64,000 nucleotides of DNA from Octopus bimaculoides (Eukaryota): NCBI RefSeq assembly GCF_001194135.2, contig NC_068987.1, positions 4,853,564 to 4,917,563 on the forward strand. Direction: 5' to 3'. Position 1 is the first letter of the stretch. Every line of letters begins with the position of its first letter. The notes beneath the pieces were generated by a model that was not told the DNA's origin, searched no databases, and saw only the letters and a program-made list of their open reading frames with translations. Position numbers and translations under genes: made by a program. This document shows, in pieces, positions 13,201-23,900 of this stretch.

Positions 13201-16200
13201 TTGTATTTAGTATTTCCTTCTCCTTAGAGGCTGGACAAGACTGTAGGATACTAACCTCTAAGTCAAATGACCACCACTCTTAACTGGTATTGCACACAGC
13301 CATGCCAATTTCTTTATCATCATCACTGCAATTTTTTAATTAATATTTCTTGACTAATTACATGAATTCACTAATGCTCTCTTTACTATTTATGGCATTT
13401 AGTTTCGTCCCCTCTTGTTTCCTACATCAAATCCTTTCATAATTCTAATTGCCTTTATTAGTTCATCATTTACATTTGCTTTACCATGCTGGTACGGGTT
13501 AGATGAGTCATCACAGTCCAAGTTGGTTCTTATTCAGAGTGAGTGCTCTCTTAAAACAAGTCAGGGACCCCATCTACTCATATATTCCTCAGCCGGATGC
13601 CCTTCCTAACACCAACCATTTTGTAAGAGCACCTGTACATGTCTTGTTCTGGCCATTTGCATAAAAACTTATTCAAGAATTGTCTTTAACATATTTACTC
13701 TGCAGGCAGCTGTCCAAGAGTTGCCCCAGCATTGAACCTGGAATCCTGTTATTGCTAGAGAATATTCTAGATGGAAAGGTAATTACTTTTATTTTTTTTT
13801 TTTTTTGAACTATGCATTTTTCTCGCTAACATTGAGAGAAAAGATCTTACAAATTTCAACATTTGTATTCACTTGTATCATTTTAAGAGACAAAACAATT
13901 GTTTCAAATTTTTGGCTGATGGTCAGCCAGGGTAGGAGGCAAGATGATGACACTGACGCAAAGTTGAACTCAGCAGAATTTGAACTTGAAACATAAAGAG
14001 CCAGAAGACATGTTACTAGATATTTTGTCCAATGTACTTTGGTGCTATTAAAAGTACAGTTAACAATGGTTCAAGCACCTTTTTTTTCTTTTGAGGAGGG
14101 AAGGGTTCTGCAAAATGTTTCAATCTTTTAAAGTCTGAATGTGAACAAATTCGCTTGATAATATCACTTTCAAACTTTGGCACAAGGCCAGCAATTCTGA
14201 AGGAGGGAGGAAATCGCTTACATCAACCCCCATCACTCAGCTGGTAATTTATTGACCCCGACAGGATGAAAGGCAAAGACAAAATACTGCTAAGCATTTT
14301 GTCCAGCATGGTAACAAGTCTGCCAGCTCACTGCCCTTGTTAGACAATATATATACATCTCTCTTTCACAGCAGCCTGGTGAATCAAAATGAAATCGTTT
14401 CCCAGGAGGGGGTCCACTAGTTTGGTTGAGTTTTTACAGGTCCTAAGCATAATGAATTCACATTCAATAAAACGAGATCACCTTTCATTTTCTGCATCAG
14501 CAGAGAAAGACAATCAATTGCGACAGTTATTTGAATTTGCACCTTGGACAAGAATCTACTATAGGCTTCAGCTGACCAATGCCATGGCAACAGAAAAATC
14601 TGCCTCAATAAATTCTTTCTGGCCCAAGTGGACGATAATTGATGAAACAAGTGCTGGCGTTATAACAAGTTATTGCTTCTAATTTTTTTTTTTTCCCTTA
14701 CATAAAAAAAAAAAAATCACGGTGCAAAAGTGGCTGTGTGGTAAGTAGCTTGCTTACCAACCACATTGTTCCAGGCTCAGTCCCACTGCATAGCATCTTG
14801 GGCAAGTGTTTTGTAAATGACTTTTAGCAAATTCCTTTATTATTTACAGCTGGAATTGTCATCTGATCAACTTTCCCAATTACTGCAATGGCTAAAGAAG
14901 ACCTCCACTGTTGAACAGCATTCCAATAGCAAATATGGGAGATTTTTGCTCACATTTGTAAATAAATATAAAAAACAGGTAAGAAACAATATTCACTAAT
15001 GACCGACTCTGTCGATTTCATCTTTACAATCATAAGCATCGGTTTAGATGGGTGGATAAAAAGTTTGTTTTCCAGTCAGATGGTTGTGGGTTCAATCTCA
15101 TTGTATGGTACCATGGTCATGTTTTGTACTATAGCCCTAGGCTGACCAAAGCCTTGTGAGCAGATTTTGACAGATGGAAACTGTGTGGAATCCCATTGTC
15201 TGTGTGTATGATTTTGTCCCCGTAACTTAGCAGTTTGGCAAAAGAGACCAACAGAATTGGGACCAGACTACAAAATAAGTACCGGGGGTCAATTTGTTTG
15301 ATTAAAACCCCTGCAAGGCAATGCTCCAGCATGGCCACAGTCCAATGAGTGAAACAAGTAAAATAGAAAAGATTAAAATAAAGATGATTTGTAGTAAACT
15401 TCAATCAAGACGTTTGACTTTATTACTCATAGCAGACTAATAAAGAATACTTCAGTAGATGACAAGGTCTTCTCGGTTTAGCTGGTTCCCCAACACCACC
15501 ACAAGGACAGGATGTTAGTCAATGTGTGATGATTAGTCCACCCTACACTGTAAGGGGCAAAGGGCCAGGTTTCTGGTTTCTATGACATTTATTTCTCCCT
15601 AGATGATATGCCAGTCAGTCACATGACTTTCCACCAGCTGAATGGACAGAAGCAACATAAAGTGTTTTGCTCAAGAATACAATGCACCACCTTATCCAGG
15701 AATCGAAATCACAATCTTACAATCAGGAGTCCACGACCCTAACCATTAAGCCATGTACCTCTACATATTAAATGTGTACAACAGCTTATTTGACTGACTA
15801 ATAAAGCTTTCAACTCTATTTGAAATGTTTATTTACTATAAGACTTTGACTAAAGTGTGTATGTATGTATGTACATATATCTCTTGGATTATTAACCGTA
15901 TTTCAGTACCTTGCTATCTTATTCTTCTTGGTTCAAATCCTATTATGGTTGATTATTATAGTTTATTTTTAGCTTGTCTTCTAAAAATTTGAGTACCTAT
16001 AATATATAATCTGTCCACCACAGCAAAAAGTAATTATGTGCCTAATCAAGCATTAACTGTTAATCATCTTAGCTTTGATAATAATATTTATGATATTTTC
16101 TTTTCTGCAGTTGAAAAAAGAACATATTTCTTGCCTTCACCAAATTGTTGAACACCATGAGACTTTCTTGAAGAATACAATAATCAGTGCCCTGAAGACT

Positions 16201-16230
16201 TTAGCAAGGACATTGGAGGACAAAGCTTAA
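6571..16230 (+). CDS. FANCE: Fanconi anemia group E protein, 10 coding exons, about 505 aa (528 aa if ATG 6502 is used)
   Basis: join(6571-6782,8330-8679,9946-10133,10387-10488,11426-11569,12550-12673,13102-13177,13706-13778,14850-14978,16111-16230) = 1518 nt, all GT-AG, phases consistent, no internal stop. N-terminal LEPRLIDENLIFCPTFFLLTEYFQKCLLSFL...LPE and C-terminal PPELNLFVECS, SRLLVSAIVTF, KYGRFLLTFVNKY, HETFLKNTIISALKTL match the FANCE family as I recall it (not a database search). Confidence 0.87.
8330..8679 (+). CDS. FANCE: FANCE exon 2 (CPTFFLLTEYFQKCLLSFLNQHLAELPEQ...RQLQIP)
   Basis: Polypyrimidine tract + ttcag acceptor; G|gtaagt donor; overlaps ORF 8373-8861. Confidence 0.85.
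9474..9739 (+). mobile_element. RTE-clade LINE fragment (RT C-terminal region) in FANCE intron 2
   Basis: ENVEVFDCFTYLSSE...KRLGQASAVVDSLDKGIW..*YLSRRTKVRIF..LV...LLYSCETW, a typical RTE motif series with a stop. Confidence 0.8.
9946..10133 (+). CDS. FANCE: FANCE exon 3, S/P/E-rich linker (VIHSDSSSEESMEM...KLPPEIE)
   Basis: tttcag acceptor, phase 1 in; GAA|gtaagt donor. Confidence 0.82.
10387..10488 (+). CDS. FANCE: FANCE exon 4 (MKANQLKY...PPELNLFVECSDQQ)
   Basis: ctag acceptor, CAG|gtgagc donor, 34 codons. Confidence 0.85.
10579..10645. repeat. 21-bp minisatellite x3 (ATTTTCAACAGGGACCGTACC)
   Basis: Direct reading. Confidence 0.9.
11426..11569 (+). CDS. FANCE: FANCE exon 5 (VHQICHMLDVESLS...KDCILPR)
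   Basis: tttag acceptor, CGG|gtaagt donor, 48 codons. Confidence 0.85.
12550..12673 (+). CDS. FANCE: FANCE exon 6 (FVVQSKQNSRLLVSAIVTF...KNKKI)
   Basis: tgtag acceptor, G|gtaagt donor; overlaps ORF 12553-12801. Confidence 0.85.
12758..12950. mobile_element. Degenerate family 2 fragment in FANCE intron 6
   Basis: TGTGTCCTTATATTTTCAA / AAAATATAAGGACACA inverted pair plus CCAGCTGG...GGGCTAAA...CATTCGTCCTA...GTTGGCAAA arm; no hammerhead part. Confidence 0.65.
13102..13177 (+). CDS. FANCE: FANCE exon 7 (DLPQAKLLTIVNKDAFTSNTRLYLL)
   Basis: tttcag acceptor, GA|gtaagt donor, phase 1 in, phase 2 out. Confidence 0.82.
13706..13778 (+). CDS. FANCE: FANCE exon 8 (EQLSKSCPSIEPGILLLLENILDGK)
   Basis: tgcag acceptor, AAG|gtaatt donor. 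Confidence 0.82.
14850..14978 (+). CDS. FANCE: FANCE exon 9 (LELSSDQLSQLLQWLKK...FVNKYKKQ)
   Basis: tacag acceptor, CAG|gtaaga donor; ORF 14817-14999. Confidence 0.87.
16111..16230 (+). CDS. FANCE: FANCE exon 10, terminal (LKKEHISCLHQIVEHHETFLKNTIISALKTLARTLEDKA*)
   Basis: ttctgcag acceptor, TAA at 16228-16230. Confidence 0.87.
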   Translation: MKKEHISCLHQIVEHHETFLKNTIISALKTLARTLEDKA

Positions 16231-16407
16231 TGTAACTAGAACCACTTAATTTTACCTGCAACAGTAATATCAACTGAACCACATTGGGGGGTATGATGAC
16301 TTGGTCATGTGACCTGCTTTTTTTTTTTTTCATATTTGAATTAACAAACTGAAGTCAAAGCTTCTGTAAGTCATGTGGCAAATATTTTATTTCTATTCAA
16401 GTACACA

Positions 16408-16413
16408 AATAAA
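16408..16413 (+). terminator. Candidate FANCE polyadenylation signal AATAAA
   Basis: First AATAAA seen about 180 nt after the FANCE stop. Confidence 0.5.
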
Positions 16414-16699
16414 AAAACAAAACACAATGAACATATACAAGTGGATGATGAAAGAACGTGATGCAAATACTCAAGACACGGTTTTTTTTGGAAGAAATTG
16501 CAATCCTTCAGTTTAAAAATATAGCCTGGCAATTTGAATGTCTATTCCAGTATTCTGTGTGCAAGTGTGTGTGGAGGGAGGGAGGGAAGGAAGGAAGGAA
16601 GGTAGAATGGATAAACTGGATTTAGGAAAAAAAAATGTCTATTTTGATTTGCTACAGTAAAATATAAAACCTGATATTAAATGAAATAAGAATTCTGAT

Positions 16700-16903
16700 A
16701 ATGGTTTCAAATTTTGCCACAAGGGCAGCCATTTTTTGGTGGGGAGGGGATAAGTTGATTACATTGAGCCCAGTATGCAACTGGTATTTAATTTATCGAC
16801 CCTGAAAGGATAAGTCAACCCTGGTGGAATTTGAACTCAGAACATAGCAGACGAAATACCGCTAAGCATTTCACCTGATGTATTAACAATTCTGCCAGCT
16901 TGC
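16700..16903 (-). mobile_element. Family A SINE between the FANCE and SETDB1 3' ends
   Basis: Near full-length head (CTGGCAGAATTGTT..GAGTTCAAATTCC) and body on -. Confidence 0.8.
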
Positions 16904-16945
16904 TGATAATAATGGTCAGATTCTTAGTGTTTAAAACGCTAAGTC

Positions 16946-17006
16946 TTTATTTTCAAATCTACCTGAAATTCTGGTTATATGGTCATGAAAGGGTTTTTTG
17001 TTTATT
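16946..17006 (-). terminator. Candidate SETDB1 polyadenylation signals (AATAAA on - at 17006-17001 and 16951-16946; a further one at 16391-16386)
   Basis: TTTATT hexamers on + downstream of the SETDB1 stop. Confidence 0.35.
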
Positions 17007-17831
17007 TTTTTTATCCACCCGAGTTGGTAAGATAACCAATAAGGGTGTTAAGAGATCATAACATGCTGGGGTCTGTGATAGAGATAAAAGACAAAATATC
17101 AATGATTCTGATGTGAATGGGTCTTTGGTTAAATAGCAACAAATTAGAAAGTTAAGGTTTCCAATATTTGTTGACATCAGCGAGAAGTGGTTCGTTTATC
17201 AATTTTGCATGTACAGTCTTTACTCAAATCCTGCTTCCAATGAGACATTGCCAAATAAACCGAAAGAAAATAAATAATAAACAAGGTTTGACTGATGGTG
17301 GTGGCCAATAGTGGAAAAGGAGCTTCTGTAATGTGTACACACACACACTTGTACAAATACCAGCATAAGAGGCACTATTCTTTCTATAATAAAAAGTCAC
17401 AGCTTTTTGTTTTTTTTCTAATTGCTCTTCCTTGGATCCCAATTACAACAGACACAAACAAAATGGAATTCTTGAAAGTCCACAGGATTAAATAAGTTCC
17501 TAAGAATCTCCTCCAAATTGACCACACAAAAGATTTCTTTAAATGCATGGAGTTGTCAGCACTATGGTCAGTCAAGTGGTGAGGACATCAGAGCATGGAT
17601 TATGTGATCAATTGAAGAAGTTTACTTTTAATTGACCAATAGCAGCAGATCTTCAAAACGTTAATCCAGTTGGCTCTGCTGACCAAATTCTAATTTTAGT
17701 AGTGTGAGTGTTTGTTGATACCAGTTGGCATAAAAATGGAACTTTCAATGTAACCAATGGTGACTGACTCTGCAAAGAGTTCATACCGCAAAAACATTGC
17801 CAAGATTGGTGTCATAAAAATAGATTTGACT

Positions 17832-17949
17832 CTACAAGAGCCGACCTCGACATTCAGCTGAACTGCAATAGCAATAAAGGATTTTGCCCGGAACACTGCC
17901 AACTTCGTAGTTATAATCCCATGTCAGTTCCGTTCCTGCGCGAATGTAC
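17832..17949 (-). CDS. SETDB1: SETDB1 exon 30, terminal ([38 protein letters not shown])
   Basis: cttcag acceptor; TAG at 17834-17832; post-SET CxCxxxxC. Confidence 0.97.
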
Positions 17950-20900
17950 CTGAAGATAACAGAGGTTTACAATTAGTGGAAGAAGCAATCATAGATTTCT
18001 AATAAGAAGCCATATCAGACAGATTCAGAGAATTCCAAAAGTAAAATAGTTATCTACTTACTGTCCAGCAAAGAATGCCACCCAGGGGAACCGAAGGTCA
18101 TGTGTGTCAACAAACACGTTTTGAACGAAAACATTTGGAGAACAACTGTGCTGTAAGACAGAAATGCAAAACATTTTAAGAATCAAGACAACAGTAAATC
18201 ATTACAAATATTTGTAATGATTTAAGGTTAGCAATAATCATTTTGAAGAGCCTGGCAGATTCTTCAATAGCACCATCCTACCTGGGCTCTTATACACTAA
18301 CGAGGTGTGAGTGCCATGTAAAAAAAGCACCCAGTACACTATATATCAGCATTAAGGGCATCTAGTTGTAGAAACCATGCCAAAAACAGACAAATGGGGC
18401 CGCAGCCTTACCATCCAATCCATGCCAGCTTGGAAAATGGACGTTAAATGATGATGTCCTGGTTCAAAATACTGGCAATGGATGAACTTACAGAACAATT
18501 TGCCAAAAACTAGTTTCCCGTGGTCCACTAATATTTGGAATCTGGTTAGTAGCAGTTTGTTTAACAGCAAGAATCGATGAAAATATTTCTGTCCTGACTT
18601 GTCACAAGAGTTTAACAAAAAAAAAAAAGGGAGTAAGTTTGAAAGAAAAAACAAAAATTACTAACATTGAGGAAACGGCCGAGATTTCCCATTGATTTGG
18701 CATCCATCACATAGCACAGCTGACCATCATTGAAGTAGTAACGAGTGCTGGGACGTTGCTCCCTTTCTTCAATCCTCTCTTTGCTCGGGTTCTTTCCATC
18801 TTTGAATAGAAAAATAAAATAAAACACAGTGACTGCTGCTTTCTTTGAGAAAGTCTTTGACAGATTAGTGAGGTGGAGAGAGAGGGGCTTAAAACTAGTG
18901 AACATGCTGTCACAGTCTGTATCAGACATGGTGCTTACTGCCACATCTTGTTACTGAAACTACACTTTGATCTTAGCCAAAAGGCCAAGAGAAGCCAGTT
19001 ACTGGAATTGACCAGTGGCACCACATACTTCACAGTCACACTGTTTAATTACAAGGGAACGCAAGTTTTTTTTTTTGACATTTTTACAATATTTCATAAT
19101 TAACCCTTTAGTATTCAGATTTTTCTGTCAGAGGTAAAGGCTTAATCACATTGTTTGAAATTAATTCCGCGTTCTCTTGTAGCTTCAAGATTTTAAATGA
19201 TGTGATTGTTTATTTTTAGAATGACATTGTAAGGTAGGTTTAAATGCTAAAGGATTCAAATTTAATATCTAGCACTCATGTTATTTAAGTATCCATGAAA
19301 CCATGTCAAAGATATAAGATAAAATATTTTCTCAAATTATGAAAATTTATCACCGGTGGTACCTAAGATGGTTGTGTGAGGATAGCAATGAACCACCAGT
19401 GGTACGTTTGATGGTTAATGTATTATGTATAAATTATAGACATGCTTTATAGATAATATACAGAGGTGTTTCTTCTACAAACTGTAATACTCTGTCAAAA
19501 TAAATATATCAAGTTCATAAGAATTACCTTTGGGGTTTGGAAGGTTCTTGAATCTGGACCTTGTTGTAGATCTGGTACATTTGCGAAGACCTATAAATAC
19601 AAATAAAAGTATGGTAGTGCTGTTACATATTGGACAGTAGACAAAAACCTCAAGAAATAGCAGCAGCGATATTACAAGAGTCAAAGCTCTCCCAAGACCC
19701 ACGACTTGGCATCCATCTAGTACCATCTCTCAAGGTATGGGCATACTAGGCAGTTTACCCAGGGCCTCACAAGAGTAGGGTCCCAATTCTGATCTGTCTG
19801 CTGTCAATAAACACTGATTTGCCAAGGGGCTTATAATGCTGCTAAGACAAACCGACATCCAACCTGTCAATAATTTTAATTTTAAATACTCCTAGTCCAC
19901 CTCTAGATGCATGAGGCAACCCCAGAGAAACCTGGAAAGAAAGATAGAAACACATGGAGAGAGAGAGAGAGATAAACAATTTAAACGCACCAAGACCAGG
20001 AAGCTTTTCTTCCAAATCTGGCAATTCATCAGCGTTTGGCGTTGGTTCTTTCTTCTCTTCTAAAATAGTGAAGATGTTGCCTCTCTTTGTGGCTGGAATT
20101 GGGGTTGCAGCTGATGAGTCAGACTTGGTCGTTTGTGTATTATCCTCTTCTTCATCTTCATCATCATCAATAACAATCGGTTCGTTATTCAAACTGTCCA
20201 CCCAATCAGCAGTACGCTGAGACGAACCTTGTATTTTCACAGACCTACACAATAAATTAGGTTTAAATTTTAAAAGTAATTAATTAATTAATCCTAGATT
20301 ATGCTGTACACACCATATTAAATTTTAAAAGTAATGAATTAATTAATCCTAGATTATGCTGTACACACCATATTGAAATGAAAGCCAACATATACACAAA
20401 TACCATTTCACATTCGTTGACAAAAACAATAATGTTTTTTTAATCTTTACATTTTAATGATATTGATTTCAAATATTGGCAGAGCCAGTTATACAGTTCT
20501 ATATTTGAGAGATGAGAAATTATTTACATTTGACGGATATTTGTCCTCATCTTGTTTGTTAATGTTTCGGCTGATATACCCTCCAGCCTTTATCAGGTGT
20601 CTTGGGGAAATTTTGAACCTGGGTTCTTGTTCCTAAGGTATTTTTCGATGTTATTATCATTATTCAGGTCACTGCCAAGAATCGAACTCGGAATCTTGGA
20701 GTTAGTAGCCCGCGCTCTTAACCACTACAGCCCACGGGCATATGGCGTAGTGGTTAAGAGTGCAGGCTACTAACCCCAAGATTCCGAGTTTGATTCCAGG
20801 CTGTGACCTGAATAATATAAAAAAATACCTTAGGAATGAGAACCCAGGTTGGAAATTTCCCCAAGACACCTGATGAAGGCTGGAGGGTATATCAGACGAA

Positions 20901-23900
20901 ATGTGTTAACAACAAACAAGATCGTCGTCATCGTCATCATTTAACGTCCGCTTTCCATGCTAGCATGGGTTGGACGATTTGACTGAGGACTGGTGAAACC
21001 AGAGAGGACAAATATCCGTCAAATGTAAATAAGAGCCAGTTATTTCAGGGGAGGAAATAAATTGATTCTATCGATCCCCAGTACTCAACTGGTACTTATT
21101 TTATCGACCCCGAAAGGATGAAAGGTAAAGTCGACCTTGGTGGAATTTGAACTCAGATCCTGATGTAAAGAATAAAATGTTTTGAATAGTACAACACTGC
21201 ACTATAATACAAACAAGGGGTTATATACCTGTTGTAATTTAACCATCCATAGTCTAGGGATATCTGAGGAAGGAATTTTATTCCAAAATATTATCAAACT
21301 ATGGATGGTTAAATTACAACAGGTATATAGCCCATTGTTTGTATTATAGTGCAGTGTTGTACCATTTGAATCATTTTAGTAGAGAAGAAAATAAGAAACA
21401 AATGGGGGAAAAAACTGAAAAAGAAAATACCAACCATTCTTTGTCTTTGTTGGCTTCTCTCTTTAACACTAGTTTTCCCAGCTTTTCTTCACTGCCATTT
21501 TCAGTTGTCTTCTTATCAGAATGGTCCCTACAAAGAAAACAGAGTTGCTGCTAAGTTTAAATGGCATCTCATTGGTTTATAAGGAAGAGAGAAGAACAAG
21601 AGGAAGAGTTTCAAAGAAATGCACAGTATGACCGTGAATAGCAAGTGGAATTCTCAGACCAGGCGCAAGTTGTGTTCTAAAGGAAAACAACTACATTTCC
21701 CATTAGCCCAGTCCACTCAACTGTAAATGGACTAGCATCCTGTTGTGAATTTGGTCATATTGATGCCATGGAAACTGGGTAATTGACCCTATGAATCCTA
21801 AGATCAGTAGTGCTTGACCTTTTTTAATATCTTGGCCAGATTCAAAATCTGGGCATTTTTAGGGGATCCACACCAAAAAAAAAAAAAAAGTAAAACAATT
21901 CAATTAAAAAAAAGCTTAATGTATTTATAAAAGGCAGTTGAGGAACAGTGGAAGGATACTTGAAGGGCACATGTGGCTCCAGGAGCGGTGACCGAGACCT
22001 GCTGCCTAAAATGCAAGAGTTGATGTTAGTATGGCTGTGTTGTCAGGAAGTCTGCTTCACAACCGCCTGGTCCTAGGTTCAGTCCCACAGCATGACACTT
22101 GGACCAAGTGTTTTCTCCCGTAATTTCAGATTGCCCAACACTCTGAGGAACATCGAATGAACAAAAACTGTGGAAATCCATCAAGTACATAGCATGGCTT
22201 TGTTTAGGTTTACACAAGTATAAAAACAAGTATTGTTCGTTTCTATCTGTGCTGTAACCTAGTAGTCCAACAAAGAGAGATTGATAAAATAAGCACCAAA
22301 TTGAAACAAGAGGTGAATATCATACCTCTGACAGCAGAGGAAGCTGCTGAAGCAGCAGCATGCTGGCTGTGTGGTTAACGTTTCTAGTATACTGGGGTTT
22401 ATTGGTCCTAATTGTTACTTTCTGTCTTTAAAGTGGTCCGATTGCATTTTATATTAATGAAAGGTAGGCATTTTCTATTTACACAAGGCAAACGAGATTG
22501 AAAGAGAAACTGCAAGCATACACAAACACACCACAAAATGAGCTTCAGCACAATTTCCATCAATTAAATTTCCCATGCAAGGTTCTTGTTAATTCAAGCA
22601 CATCAGAGACCCCCTTCAGTGATGAAGGGCCATGGGATTGCACCTAGAAAGTTTCCCTCTGAGGCACAAGTCCGAGCAAGGTTGTTTGTGGAAGGCCAGC
22701 CTCCACTCTCCACGCCACCAATGTTATCCAAGTTGGCACCTGTGACGTCACAACTTATTTCTACAGCTGAGTTAATTGGAACAACGTGAAATAAAGTGTC
22801 TTGCTCAAGAGCACAACATGCTGCCCAGTCCAGGATTCGAACTCACCACAGGGCCATGTGCCTTTACAACCCATAGTTGCTTGCTTTCTGGGGTTCCCCC
22901 TCCCCACTCAACTGTTCATGTCTAGAGGAAGGACCTAAGCTCCTGACTTTTGGAATCCCTCCAAGACTGACATCAATGCAGTTAACCCCTTAGCATTCAG
23001 ATTACTCTGCCAAATGTATGCTTATTTATTCATAATGTCCTGAATTAATCAATGCAGTATTTTGTAGCCTTGAGAGTTTGATGAGGTGACTGTATTTTTG
23101 GAATGAGACTAGGGTGGCTGTGAGAGGCTGAATCTGGCCAGTTTGAACATGAAACAGGTGGAATATTTCGATTGGATGTGGCTGGTTTAAATATTAAAGG
23201 GTTAATGTTATTCTTGAACAGCTGACAGTCAATGGCTACAAGAGAACCATGTGCAGAGAGGGAATTCCAAAATAACAACATCCTGGAGAGAATTCATATT
23301 CAAACACACATATCTGCTTCAAATCCCACTGATGAAGAAAGTATAAACAGCTCCAGAGACACACATAACAATGGAGTACGATGATAAAGGATGAAGATTA
23401 TTTACTGATCTGCAGTGTTTGAAGATCTGCTGCTATTGGATGAGAGTGAAGAGTAGGAGGTACTCTCTGCATCATCGAGATCAACAACTTCACTTTCATA
23501 ACCTTCTTTGTGTTTTTCAACCACTTCAATGTAGTCAAGCTCTGCAAGATATTCGTCTCCATACTGCTGGCCATCCTGGAACAACAGAAATAATAATTTA
23601 CAGCTATTTTGTTTTAAGTATATGTTTGGAATTATTTAATCGTTTTGTTACCATATTTCTGATGACATACATTGTCATTGCTTCAAATTATTTTGAAACC
23701 AAATGAAGAATTTAGTGAAAGAACTGTTGTTATTAAGCTGGAGCTTGGAACATAAATAATCAACGTGAAACTTCCATGAAAGGCTTGAATTTTGATAATT
23801 TTAAAACAGGAATTTTATGGGATAGAGCCAGAGGCCAATTGGTATGAAAATGATTAAAATTGTCTGCTTTGATTTTGGTTTGGAAAGGAACACATTGGTA

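Noticed and set aside
19954-20220. 88-aa plus-strand ORF
   Set aside because: Antisense to SETDB1 exon 26 and starts in a (GA)n microsatellite.
20737-20810. tRNA-Ser(ACT)-like gene
   Set aside because: Acceptor, D and anticodon stems are poorly paired and it is embedded in a repeated palindromic element; a SINE-type head, not a functional tRNA.
22326-22410. Candidate SETDB1 exon with GTATGA donor
   Set aside because: No phase 2/2 solution between exons 24 and 25, and weak acceptors.
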